From NCBI GenBank assembly GCA_025965475.1, contig JAOPWV010000147.1:3617-67616 (forward strand): DNA of 64,000 nucleotides, written 5' to 3'. Origin of the DNA: Frankiales bacterium. GTDB taxonomy: Bacteria > Actinomycetota > Actinomycetes > Mycobacteriales > SCTD01. Under the pieces are notes generated by a model, which saw only the letters and a list, made by a program, of their open reading frames with translations, was not told the DNA's origin and made no database searches. A program made the position numbers and the translations under genes. Within the stretch, counting starts at the first letter, position 1. Each line of letters starts with the position of its first letter. Of the stretch, positions 52,443 through 64,000 are shown piece by piece.

Positions 52443-53579
52443 GTGGTCGTCGTCCTCTCCCCCGGTCAAGGTTCCCAGTCCGTCGGCATGCTCGCGCCCT
52501 GGCTCGAGCTGCCCGGCGCCGACGAGCGCATCGCGCGCTGGTCCGACATCGCCGGCCTCGACCTGCGTGCCGCCGGCACGACGTGGTCGGCTGACGAGAT
52601 CCGCGACACCGCGGTCGCGCAGCCGCTGCTGACCGCCGCCGCACTGCTTTCCGCCACCGCCCTTCTCGGGGAGCACGTCCCCGCGGCCGTCTGCGGGCAC
52701 AGCATCGGCGAGCTCCCCGCCCTCGCGGTCGCGGGCGTCCTGTCCCCCGACGACGCCGTGGCGCTCGCCGCCCTGCGCGGCCGGGCGATGGCGCAGGCCG
52801 CGCAGGTCGCGCCGACCGGCATGGCCGCGGTTCTCGGTGGCGACGCCGACGAGGTCCTCGCGACCGCGACCGCCCTCGGCCTGGAGGTGGCGACCGTCAA
52901 CGTCGCCGGTCAGGTCGTCCTCGGCGGACCGGCCGCCGCGCTGCAGGCGCTCGCCGACGCACCGCCCGCGGGTGCCCGGGTCCGCCCGCTCGACGTTGCC
53001 GGTGCCTTCCACACCAGCGCCATGAGCCCGGCCACCGAGGCCTTCGGTGCCGCGCTGCAAGCCCTGGCCCCCGGAACGCCCCGTACGGCCATCGTCGCCA
53101 ACCGCGACGGCAAGGTCGTCACGGACGGCGCCGAGGCCCTGCACCGGCTGCTGGACCAGCTCACCTCGCCGGTCCGCTTCGACCTGTGCCTGATCGCCCT
53201 CGCGACCGCCGGCATCGCCGCCGTCGTCGAGCTCGCGCCCGGCGGCACGCTCAGCGCACTCGCCAAGCGGGCGCTGCCCGGCGCGCAGATCGTCGCGCTC
53301 AAGACCCCGGACGACCTGGCCGCGGCCAGGGCCCTGCTCCACCCGGCCGGCGAGCAGACCTCCCTCGAGTGGCGGACGCTCCAGTCCCCCGACAGCGGCG
53401 TCGTCGACCCGCTCGCCGGCATCGGCCAGCGGGTCGCCGAGGGCGACACCATCGCGTTGATCGCCGGCCGATCCGGCGCCCACCCCGTCCTGGCGCCCGT
53501 CGCGGGCACGGTCACCGAGTGGCTGGTGTCCCCGGGCGACCCGGTCCGCGCCGGCCAGACGCTGGCGGTCCTCGCGTGA
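52443..53579 (+). CDS. fabD: Malonyl-CoA:ACP transacylase with a C-terminal biotinyl/lipoyl-like domain
   Basis: SPGQGSQSVGM, GHSIGELPAL (GHSxG active site), VAGAFHTS, and a ~70-aa tail with a hybrid-barrel pattern but no Lys at the modification position. Confidence 0.88.
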   Translation: MVVVLSPGQGSQSVGMLAPWLELPGADERIARWSDIAGLDLRAAGTTWSADEIRDTAVAQPLLTAAALLSATALLGEHVPAAVCGHSIGELPALAVAGVLSPDDAVALAALRGRAMAQAAQVAPTGMAAVLGGDADEVLATATALGLEVATVNVAGQVVLGGPAAALQALADAPPAGARVRPLDVAGAFHTSAMSPATEAFGAALQALAPGTPRTAIVANRDGKVVTDGAEALHRLLDQLTSPVRFDLCLIALATAGIAAVVELAPGGTLSALAKRALPGAQIVALKTPDDLAAARALLHPAGEQTSLEWRTLQSPDSGVVDPLAGIGQRVAEGDTIALIAGRSGAHPVLAPVAGTVTEWLVSPGDPVRAGQTLAVLA

Positions 53580-54517
53580 GGGCCGCCGGACTGCGCGGCA
53601 TCGGCGCGCACCGGCCCGCCAACCGGGTCGACAACACCGAGATCTCGGTGCGCCTCGACTCCAGCGACGAGTGGATCCGGGACCGCAGCGGCATCGTGAC
53701 GCGCGGCATCGCCGGTCCCGACGAGACCGTCGTCGAGATGGCCGTCAGCGCCGGAGGCAAGGCGCTCGCCGCAGCCGGCGTGGACCCGGCCGACATCGGG
53801 CTCGTCATGGTCGCCACCTGCACCCTGACCCACGCCATCCCCGGCGCCTCGGGCCGCGTCGGCGCCCGGCTCGGCCTGCGCAACGCCGGCGCCCTCGACC
53901 TGGGCGCGGCCTGCGCCGGCTTCAGCTACGGCCTGTCGCTCGCGGCCGACACGGTCCGGTGCGGCACCGCCGACAACGTCCTCGTCATCGGGTCGGAGAA
54001 GTTCTCCGACATCCTCGACCCGTACGACCGCTCGACCGCCTTCCTGTTCGGCGACGGTGCCGGCGCGGCCGTCGTCGGTGTCGCCGACGTCGACGGGATC
54101 TCCCCGCCGGTCTGGTGCCACGACGGCGACCAGGCCGACATCCTGCAGACCGTCGGCAACCCGCCGATCCTGCGCATGGAGGGCCAGGCGGTCTACCGCT
54201 GGGCCACCACCACGCTGCCCGGGCTGGCTCGCGCCGCCTGCGAGCGCGCCGGCGTCGAGATCGGCGACCTCGCGGCGCTCGTGCCGCACCAGGCCAACCT
54301 GCGGATCACCGACTCGCTGGTCCGCGCCCTCAAGCTCCCCGAGCACATCGTCGTGGCTCGGGACGTCGTCGACAGCGGCAACACCAGCGCCGCCTCGATT
54401 CCCCTTGCCCTGTCCCGCCTGCTGGAGGCCGGGGAGGTGCGCCGGGGCGACCAGGTGCTCCTGCTCGGCTTCGGCGCCGGGCTCACCGCCGCCGGACAAG
54501 TCGTCCGGTGTCCCTAG
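53576..54517 (+). CDS. fabH: 3-oxoacyl-ACP synthase III
   Basis: SDEWIRDRSGI, DLGAACAGFSYGL (Cys), HQANLRI (His), GNTSAASIPLAL (Asn). GTGA overlap with fabD. Confidence 0.9.
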   Translation: MRAAGLRGIGAHRPANRVDNTEISVRLDSSDEWIRDRSGIVTRGIAGPDETVVEMAVSAGGKALAAAGVDPADIGLVMVATCTLTHAIPGASGRVGARLGLRNAGALDLGAACAGFSYGLSLAADTVRCGTADNVLVIGSEKFSDILDPYDRSTAFLFGDGAGAAVVGVADVDGISPPVWCHDGDQADILQTVGNPPILRMEGQAVYRWATTTLPGLARAACERAGVEIGDLAALVPHQANLRITDSLVRALKLPEHIVVARDVVDSGNTSAASIPLALSRLLEAGEVRRGDQVLLLGFGAGLTAAGQVVRCP

Positions 54518-54537
54518 AACGTCAGGAGACAACCACC

Positions 54538-54795
54538 ATGACCGCCACCGCCCCCGAGCTGCTCACCGGCCTCACCGAGATCGTCGACGAGATCTGCGGC
54601 AGCGCGACGGCCGAGAAGGTCACCCTCGACGCCACCTTCGACGACGACCTGCAGATCGACTCCCTGACCATGGTCGAGGTCGTCGTGGCGTGCGAGGAGA
54701 AGTTCGGCGTCCGCATCCCCGACGAGGCGCTCGAGAACCTGAAGACCGTCGGCGACGCCGTCACCTTCATCTCCGACGCCGGCGTCGCCGCGTGA
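54538..54795 (+). CDS. acpP: Acyl carrier protein
   Basis: DDLQIDSLTMVEVVVACEEKFGVRIPDE contains the DSL phosphopantetheine site. AGGAGA RBS. Confidence 0.92.
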   Translation: MTATAPELLTGLTEIVDEICGSATAEKVTLDATFDDDLQIDSLTMVEVVVACEEKFGVRIPDEALENLKTVGDAVTFISDAGVAA

Positions 54796-56015
54796 CGGCG
54801 CCGCACCGCGCACGTGTCGCCATCACGGGGCTCGGCGCGGTCACCCCGCTCGGTCCCGATGTCGCCGCGCTCTGGGAGGGCCTGCTCACCGGCCGGTCCG
54901 GCGCCCGCCTGCTCGACGAGCCGGCATTCGCCGACTCGCCGGTCCGGCTCGCTGCGACCTGCGACATCGAGGGCCGCCTGGACCGCGTCGAGGCCCGCAC
55001 GCTCGACCGGGTCCAGCAGCTCGCGCTGATCGCGGCCCGGGAGGCCTGGGCGGACGCCGGTTCCCCCGAGGTCGACCCGGAGCGCATCGCCGTCGTCGTC
55101 GGCTCCGGCATCGGCGGCGCCCTGACGATCCTCGGCCAGCACGACGTGCTGCGCGAGAGCGGCGCCCGCCGGGTCTCGCCGCACCTGATCCCGATGCTCA
55201 TGCCGAACGGCCCGGCCGCCACCGTCGGCCTGGAGTTCAAGGCCCGGGCCGGCGTGCACACGACGGTCAGTGCCTGCGCGTCCGGCGCCGAGGGCATCGC
55301 TCTCGCGCTCGACATCCTGCGCTCGGGCCGCGCCGACGTCGTCATTGCCGGTGGCGCCGAGGCATGCGTCCACCCGCTGCCCATCGCGGGCTTCGCGCAG
55401 ATGCGGGCCCTGTCGACCCGCCACGACGCTCCCGAGGCGGCCAGCCGGCCGTACGACAAGGCCCGGGACGGCTTCGTCCTCGGTGAGGGCGCCGGCATCG
55501 TGATCCTCGAGACCGAGGAGCACGCGGCCGCCCGCGGTGCCCGCATCCACGGCCACCTGGCCGGGGCCGGCATCGCCGCCGACGCCCACCACGTCACCGC
55601 ACCCGACCCGTCGGGCAGCGGCGCGGGCCGCAGCATCACCCTGGCCCTGCGCGACGCCGGGCTCCAGCCCACCGACATCGGCTCGATCAACGCCCACGCG
55701 ACCTCGACACCGCTCGGTGACATCGCCGAGGCCGAGGCGTTCAAGATCGCCCTCGGCGACCATCGGCCGCCGGTCACGGCGATCAAGTCGTGCACCGGTC
55801 ACCTGCTGGGCGCGGCCGGTGCCGTGGAGGCCATCGCGGCCGTGCTCGCGGTCCGCGAGGGCGTCGTACCGCCCATCCGCAACCTCGACGACCCCGACGA
55901 CGCGGTCGACCTCGACCTCGTACGGGTGACCCCACGCGCGCACCCCCACGAGGCAGCCCTGTCCACGTCCTTCGGCTTCGGCGGCCACGACGTGTCGCTC
56001 GTCGTCACCCGCTGA
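54792..56015 (+). CDS. fabF: 3-oxoacyl-ACP synthase II (KasA/FabF)
   Basis: VAITGLGAVTPLG, TVSACASGAEGI (Cys), NAHATSTPLGD (His), CTGHLLGAAG (His), SFGFGGHD. Confidence 0.92.
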   Translation: MTAPHRARVAITGLGAVTPLGPDVAALWEGLLTGRSGARLLDEPAFADSPVRLAATCDIEGRLDRVEARTLDRVQQLALIAAREAWADAGSPEVDPERIAVVVGSGIGGALTILGQHDVLRESGARRVSPHLIPMLMPNGPAATVGLEFKARAGVHTTVSACASGAEGIALALDILRSGRADVVIAGGAEACVHPLPIAGFAQMRALSTRHDAPEAASRPYDKARDGFVLGEGAGIVILETEEHAAARGARIHGHLAGAGIAADAHHVTAPDPSGSGAGRSITLALRDAGLQPTDIGSINAHATSTPLGDIAEAEAFKIALGDHRPPVTAIKSCTGHLLGAAGAVEAIAAVLAVREGVVPPIRNLDDPDDAVDLDLVRVTPRAHPHEAALSTSFGFGGHDVSLVVTR

Positions 56016-56038
56016 CCCCTCCCCTCTGGAGCTGTCCC

Positions 56039-58936
<2,898 letters not shown>

Positions 58937-58940
<4 letters not shown>

Positions 58941-59842
58941 CCGCCGTGGAGCACCGCCCATCCCTGCTGCTCGAGCATCTCGAGGCACGGCTGGCCACCG
59001 CGACGGACCGGCACCTGTCGGTCGCCCGTGACTGGTACCCGCACGAGTACATCCCGTGGTCCGAGGGCGTCGACTTCGGCGACGTGCCGTACGACGAGGC
59101 GCGCAGCCGGCTCGCCCCAGCGGTACGGGCCGCGGTACAGCTCAACCTGCTGACCGAGGACAACCTGCCCGCGTACCACCGGGAGCTCAACCGCGCGTTC
59201 AGCGACGACGAGCCGTGGCGCGTGTGGATCGACCGCTGGACCGCCGAGGAGGGCCGGCACGCGATCGTGCTGCGCGACTACCTCGTCGTCACGCGCTGCG
59301 TCGACCCGGTCGTGCTCGAGCAGGAGCGGATGCTGGCCGTGCAGACCGGCTACCGGGCCACCGAGAAGGACATGCTGCGGACGATGGCGTACGTCAGCTT
59401 CCAGGAGCTGGCCACCCGGATCTCGCACCGCAACACCGGCCGGCTCTCCGGGGACGAGGGTCTGGAGAAGCTGCTCACCCGCATCGCCACCGACGAGAAC
59501 CTGCACATGGTCTTCTACCGCGACCTGGTCGCGGCCGCCCTCGAGGTCGACCCGGCCGCGATGCTCACGGCCATCGCCGTCGAGCTGGAGAACTTCTCGA
59601 TGCCCGGCGCCGGCGGGCCGCAGTTCCGCCGCCGGGCCGCGGCCATCGCCAAGGCCGGCATCTACGACAACAAGGTGCACCGGGAGGACGTCATCGAACC
59701 CCTGCTCCGCTACTGGCGGATCCTCGAGCTCACCGACCTCGACGCCGTCGCCGAGCAGGCCCGCGAGCGGATCGTCGGCGTGTGCGCCGAGCTGGACCGC
59801 CGGATCGCCCGCAGCGCCGAGCTCGCCGCGGCGAGGGCCTGA
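58937..59842 (+). CDS. desA: Acyl-ACP desaturase (DesA-type soluble diiron desaturase)
   Basis: LLTEDNLPAYH, WTAEEGRHAIVLRDYL, SFQELATRISHRNT, IATDENLHMVFY carry the diiron EExxH motifs. Confidence 0.88.
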
Positions 59843-60612
59843 TGGCCGGCCTGCTGGAGGGCAAGAACCTCCTCGTCACCGGCGTCCTCACCGAGGCGTC
59901 GATTGCCTTCTCCGTCGCCCGGCTCGCCTCCGAGCAGGGCGCGACGATCGTGCTGTCCGGGTTCGGCCGCGGGCTGTCCATCACCGAGCGGATCGCCAAG
60001 CGCCTGCCCGGTTCGCCGCCGGTCGTCGAGCTCGACGTGTCCTCGGAGGAGCACCTGGCCGCCCTCCCCGACCGCCTGGGCGCGCACGTCGACGGCCTCG
60101 ACGGCGTCCTGCACGCGATCGGGTTCGCGCCCGCGAGCGCCCTCGGGCACGGCGTGCTCGACACCTCCTGGGAGGACGTCGGCACCGCGATCCAGGTCTC
60201 GACCTGGTCGTACGTCGCGCTGGCCCGGGCCTGCCAGAAGCTGCTCAACCCCGGGGCGTCGTACGTCGGCCTGGACTTCGACGCGCGGGTGGCCTGGCCG
60301 TCGTACGACTGGATGGGTGTCGCCAAGGCGGGCCTCGAGTCGGCGAACCGCTACCTCGCGCGCGACCTCGGCCCGCGCGGCGTGCGGGTGAACCTGGTCG
60401 CGGCCGGTCCGCTCAAGACCATGGCGGCCAAGAGCATCCCGGGCTTCGAGAAGTTCGAGGAGGCGTGGGACGAGCGCGCGCCGCTCGGCTGGGACGTCAG
60501 GGACACCGAGCCGGTCGCCAAGGCCTGCGTCGCACTGCTGTCGGACTGGTTCCCGGCGACCACGGGCTCCATCGTCTACGTCGACGGGGGCTTCTCCGCG
60601 GTCGGCGTCTGA
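59842..60612 (+). CDS. inhA: Enoyl-ACP reductase (NADH), InhA/FabI
   Basis: LLEGKNLLVTGV, HAIGFAP, YDWMGVAKAGLES (Y..K), VNLVAAGPLKT. The ATG shares a base with the desA TGA. Confidence 0.9.
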   Translation: MAGLLEGKNLLVTGVLTEASIAFSVARLASEQGATIVLSGFGRGLSITERIAKRLPGSPPVVELDVSSEEHLAALPDRLGAHVDGLDGVLHAIGFAPASALGHGVLDTSWEDVGTAIQVSTWSYVALARACQKLLNPGASYVGLDFDARVAWPSYDWMGVAKAGLESANRYLARDLGPRGVRVNLVAAGPLKTMAAKSIPGFEKFEEAWDERAPLGWDVRDTEPVAKACVALLSDWFPATTGSIVYVDGGFSAVGV

Positions 60613-60653
60613 CCGGCACTACCTTGTGCTGCAGCGCCTGACCGAGGAGTGAG

Positions 60654-61421
60654 ATGACCCAGGCCACCCTGCCGCCCGCTGTCGACGTACGCCGGGCGGC
60701 CGACCGGTTCGCCACGCGCATCGACTGGCTGGACTCGAAGCACTCGTTCTCGTTCAGCCGGCACTACGACCCGGCCAACACCCACCATGGGCTGCTGCTG
60801 GTCAACAACGACGACACCGTGAAGGCCGGCGCGGGCTTCGAGACGCACCCACACCAGGACATGGAGATCGTGACCTGGGTGCTGCAGGGATCCCTGGTGC
60901 ACCAGGACTCGACCGGCCACAGCGGTGTCATCTACCCGGGCCTCGCCCAGCGGATGAGCGCGGGCGCCGGCATCCTGCACAGCGAGAAGAACGACGCCTG
61001 GCGGTTGCAGGGCGGGGCCGGCCACGACGAGCCCGTGCACTTCGTGCAGATGTGGGTCGTGCCCGACGAGAACGGCATCACCCCCGGGTACGAGCAGCTC
61101 GAGATCGGCGACGAGCTGCTGCGCGGCGGTCTCGTCCCGGTGGCCTCCGGCATGGCCGAGCACGACGGGGCGGCGGCCATCCGGATCAGGAACAAGTACG
61201 CCGCCCTGCACGCCGCGCGCCTCCAGCCGGGGCAGAGCGTGCAGCTGCCCGAGGCGCCGTTCCTGCACCTGTTCGTGCCGCGCGGGGGCGTCACCCTCGA
61301 GGGCGCCGGGGCGCTCGCGGCCGGCGATGCGGTCCGGTTCACCGCCACCGGGGGCCAGCGGGTCACCGCGAGCGAACCGGCCGAGATCCTCGTCTGGGAG
61401 ATGCACGCCGGCCTCGGCTAG
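60654..61421 (+). CDS. Pirin family protein
   Basis: FETHPHQDMEIVTWVLQGSLVHQDSTGH, AQRMSAGAGILHSEKN form a bicupin with the metal His/Glu set. Confidence 0.88.
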   Translation: MTQATLPPAVDVRRAADRFATRIDWLDSKHSFSFSRHYDPANTHHGLLLVNNDDTVKAGAGFETHPHQDMEIVTWVLQGSLVHQDSTGHSGVIYPGLAQRMSAGAGILHSEKNDAWRLQGGAGHDEPVHFVQMWVVPDENGITPGYEQLEIGDELLRGGLVPVASGMAEHDGAAAIRIRNKYAALHAARLQPGQSVQLPEAPFLHLFVPRGGVTLEGAGALAAGDAVRFTATGGQRVTASEPAEILVWEMHAGLG

Positions 61422-61434
61422 CCCCTTGCGCCGC

Positions 61435-61475
61435 CCTGCCGTACCTGCCGTACCTGCCGTACCTGCCGTACCTGC
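61435..61475. repeat. 9-bp tandem repeat (CCTGCCGTA) x4.5
   Basis: Four perfect head-to-tail copies plus a partial one, 14 nt after the pirin stop and directly abutting repeat copy C. Confidence 0.9.
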
Positions 61476-61479
61476 ATCG

Positions 61480-61528
61480 TTGCGTCCGGCTGATCGTGGC
61501 TCAGGAGCCACCGTCACCCGGACACAAG
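61480..61528. repeat. Nested-palindrome intergenic repeat, copy C
   Basis: TTGCGTCCGGcTgatcGTGGCTCagGAGCCACcgtcACCCGGACaCAAG has the same architecture as 18679-18802. Confidence 0.9.
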
Positions 61529-61541
61529 CGGTAGCTGCCGG

Positions 61542-62684
61542 TCAGACCGGCCCGGTCTCCGGATCAGCCGCGGGCACCTCGGCGCCCGCCACGCGTTCGC
61601 CGGGCAGCCCCTCGGTCACCGCCCGCAGGAGGGCCAGACCCTGGCCGGCGAGGCTGGCCACCGCGCCGTTGAGGCCCTCCGCCCCATTCAGGACGGTGAG
61701 GTTGGCGCCGCGCAGGCCCTCGGCGGCTGCGCTGAGCATGTCCGGCAGCTGCTCGATGAGCTGCTGATCGAGCGCGATGCGCCCCTCGGCCGCCGCCGCC
61801 TCGGCCGACAGGCGGGTGGCTTCGGCCTGCGCACGGGCCAGCGTGGTGATCCGCTCCGCGTCGGCCAGCGCCGGCTTGACCACCTCCGCGATCAGCTCGG
61901 CCTCCCGCAGCTCGGCGTTCTTCGCCGCCACCAGGGACTGCTCGGCGAGCACCGCCTGCTGGGCCTGCGCCTCGGCGAGCGGGCCCGCCGCCGCCTGACG
62001 AGCCTCTGCCTGGTCGATCTCCGCCTGGTACTCGGCCCGCTTGATCGCGGTCTGCCGGGCGTACTCGGGCTGGTTGCGGTCGGACTCCTGCTGCGCCATC
62101 GCGCTGGCCTGGTCGGCGGCGGCCTGCGCGATCTTCGCGGCCTGGTTGACCGTCGCCTGGTGCGGGGCGGCCAGTGCGGCGATGTAGCCGCTGCCCTTGT
62201 CGTCGATCGACTGGATCTGCAGGGAGTCGACGGTGAGGCCGAGGTTGCCCATCTCCACCTTCGAGGCGTCGAGGACGTTCTCGGCCAGCGTCTGGCGCTC
62301 CCGGATGATGCTCTCGACGGTCATCGAGCCGACGATCGACCGCAGGTGCCCGGCGAAGATCTGGCCGGTCAGCCCGTCCATCTGGTCCTGGTCGTCGAGG
62401 AACCGCTGCGCCGCCGCCGCGATGCTGCTCTCGTCACTGCCGACCTTGAAGGCGATGACGGCCTTCACGGACAGGGTGATCCCCTGCTGGGTGACGCAGT
62501 CGTCCGTGACGACCGCCTCCCGCATCGCCAGACTCAGGTACGACGCCTTGCGGGCGACCGGCATGACGAAGGCGCCGTGTCCGGTCACGATCCGGAAGGG
62601 CAAGGTGCTGTCACCCTTCATCTTCTGCTTGCCGCCGGAGATGAGCATCGCCTGGTTGGGTGCCGGAACGTGGTAACCGAACAT
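61542..62684 (-). CDS. Flotillin-like SPFH domain protein
   Basis: N-terminal SPFH (LSVKAVIAFKV, FAGHLRSIVGSMTVESIIRERQ) and a long Ala/Gln/Glu-rich flotillin-type coiled coil. Start at MFGYHV (ATG 62684). Confidence 0.85.
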   Translation of the reverse strand: MFGYHVPAPNQAMLISGGKQKMKGDSTLPFRIVTGHGAFVMPVARKASYLSLAMREAVVTDDCVTQQGITLSVKAVIAFKVGSDESSIAAAAQRFLDDQDQMDGLTGQIFAGHLRSIVGSMTVESIIRERQTLAENVLDASKVEMGNLGLTVDSLQIQSIDDKGSGYIAALAAPHQATVNQAAKIAQAAADQASAMAQQESDRNQPEYARQTAIKRAEYQAEIDQAEARQAAAGPLAEAQAQQAVLAEQSLVAAKNAELREAELIAEVVKPALADAERITTLARAQAEATRLSAEAAAAEGRIALDQQLIEQLPDMLSAAAEGLRGANLTVLNGAEGLNGAVASLAGQGLALLRAVTEGLPGERVAGAEVPAADPETGPV

Positions 62685-62692
62685 GACCCCGC

Positions 62693-62932
62693 CTACCTCT
62701 CCCGCCGCCCGGCGACGCCGTCGGCGTCCGGTCCCGGCGGTGCGATCTCCCACGGCACGACGTCGACCCCACGGGCCCCGCGGTCGTGGACGACCAGCAC
62801 CTCGCTCCCTGACGCGATGACGTCGGGGCTGTACGCGAGATACGTCTCGGGAGCGCCGGCGACCGTCAGGAGGACCTCGCCCGGGCTGTCCTCACCCCGC
62901 ACCCGGACGATCACCCGCCCCACCTTGCCCAT
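62693..62932 (-). CDS. Short soluble NfeD-like OB-fold protein
   Basis: 79 aa. GRVIVRVRGEDSPGEVLLTVAGAPETYLAYS...GSEVLVVHDRGARGVDVVP resembles the NfeD C-terminal beta-barrel. Ends 9 nt before the flotillin start. Confidence 0.6.
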   Translation of the reverse strand: MGKVGRVIVRVRGEDSPGEVLLTVAGAPETYLAYSPDVIASGSEVLVVHDRGARGVDVVPWEIAPPGPDADGVAGRRER

Positions 62933-62994
62933 CGGGCCGTCCGTGATCGCACACCTCCAGCGGTGCTGCCAAGTATGCGGCCGCTACCGGCCGC

Positions 62995-64000
62995 TCACCA
63001 CAGCTCCATCGACCGGCGGAAGATGCCGGCCAGGTCGTCCTCCGTGGCCGGGCGGGGCGACGTCGCCAGCAGGCGCTGCTGCTTGAGCGTCCCCTCGACG
63101 AGGTCGGGCACGTCCCCCTCGCCGAAGCCGACGGCGGCGATGCCGTTCGGGATCTCGATGTCGCGCATCAGGTCGGCCAGTACGCCGGGCAGGAACTCGG
63201 ACAGGTCCGACGGCCGGTCGGCGCCCGGTGCGAGCAGCTCCGCGGCCCGGACGTGGCGCTCGGGCGACGCGCTGAAGGTGAAGCGGAACGCCTCCGGTGC
63301 GGTCAGCGACACCGACATCCCGTGCGGCACCATCGGGTGGTCGGACGGGTAGTCCTTCGGGTGGAAGTCCCTCACCTGACCGGCGATCGGGTACGCGTTG
63401 GCGTGCGGGAGGTGCACGCCGGCGTTGCCGAAACCCATGCCGGCGAACGTCGCGGCGAGCGCCATGTCGGCCCGGGCCTTGGCGTTGCCGCCGTCGCGGA
63501 CCGACTCGCGGAAGGACCCGGACAACAGCGACAGAGCCTTCTCCGACCACATGTCCGAGATCGGGTTGGCCCCGCAGTACGGCACCCGCTGCTGCGGCTG
63601 CTTGCGCTCGTTCGTGCTGTACCAGCGGGCCGTGTAGCTCTCCAGCGCGTGGCACAGGATGTCCATCCCGGAGGCCGCTGTCACGCCGGCCGGCTGGGTG
63701 AACGTCAGGTCCGGGTCGATGACCGCGAGGGTCGGCCGGAGCCAGGCGTGGCTGATGCCCGTCTTGACCTTCTGCGCCAGCACGTCGAGCACGCAGATCG
63801 TGGTGCTCTCCGACCCGGTGCCGGTGGTCGTGGGTACGGCGACCAGCGGCTTGAGCGGCTGCGTCGGCGCCTGCCCCTTCCCGACCGGCAGGTTGATGTA
63901 GTCCATCAGCTCACCGGAGTTGGTGGTGAGCAGGTTGATCGCCTTCGCGGTGTCGATGCTCGAACCGCCGCCGACGGCGACGTACGCGTCCCAGGGGCCG
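62995..64000 (-). CDS. Iron-containing alcohol dehydrogenase / hydroxyacid-oxoacid transhydrogenase family (5' end outside the window)
   Basis: VAVGGGSSIDTAK (read past the track ORF), AVPTTTGTGSE, DILCHALESY, GVHLPHANAYP. The frame stays open to the window edge. Confidence 0.85.
   Translation of the reverse strand, partial: GPWDAYVAVGGGSSIDTAKAINLLTTNSGELMDYINLPVGKGQAPTQPLKPLVAVPTTTGTGSESTTICVLDVLAQKVKTGISHAWLRPTLAVIDPDLTFTQPAGVTAASGMDILCHALESYTARWYSTNERKQPQQRVPYCGANPISDMWSEKALSLLSGSFRESVRDGGNAKARADMALAATFAGMGFGNAGVHLPHANAYPIAGQVRDFHPKDYPSDHPMVPHGMSVSLTAPEAFRFTFSASPERHVRAAELLAPGADRPSDLSEFLPGVLADLMRDIEIPNGIAAVGFGEGDVPDLVEGTLKQQRLLATSPRPATEDDLAGIFRRSMELW

Overview
This is a very GC-rich actinobacterial core-chromosome segment; third codon positions are almost all G/C. 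It holds about 75 tightly packed protein genes, many with 4-nt start/stop overlaps. I found no rRNA, tRNA, CRISPR array, integrase or transposase.

From memory, the backbone matches the Mycobacterium tuberculosis Rv3218-Rv3228 neighbourhood: DAG-kinase-like, whiB1, pdtaS, a TB7.3-type 70-aa biotinyl protein, rshA-sigH, a GNAT, SRAP/DUF159, aroA and rsgA.

Lineage-specific blocks are interleaved with that backbone:
- Ni-SOD sodN/sodX
- an RsbW-like anti-sigma with a SigB/F-type sigma
- bioB-tag
- an orphan pilT
- a BC-only biotin carboxylase with a crotonase
- tandem galE paralogues
- the bL37 microgene
- a DtxR-family repressor
- a TetR / diiron oxygenase / NUDIX operon
- a GAF-PP2C phosphatase
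- a prfC / small secreted protein / fused secDF / K+/H+ antiporter / msrA string
- two SPFH/NfeD modules
- a translationally coupled FAS-II operon (fabD-fabH-acpP-fabF-accD6-fabG-hydrolase-desA-inhA) behind a PucR (MabR/FasR-like) regulator

I see no obvious defence island or mobile element. The items most worth a second look are:
1. FabD carries a C-terminal biotinyl/lipoyl-like domain that lacks the modifiable lysine.
2. A GNAT is fused to a Cys-rich module resembling the bioB-associated BsaP family, within a biotin-themed neighbourhood.
3. A ~50-bp nested-palindrome intergenic repeat family has three copies, next to related 9-bp tandem repeats.
4. SigR/SigH-type promoters sit in front of sigR (long isoform) and msrA.
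5. Two CRP-type boxes lie in the long whiB1 leader.
6. Convergent genes repeatedly share a CTAG stop-stop overlap.

All calls come from reading the translations and DNA by eye. No database search was run.
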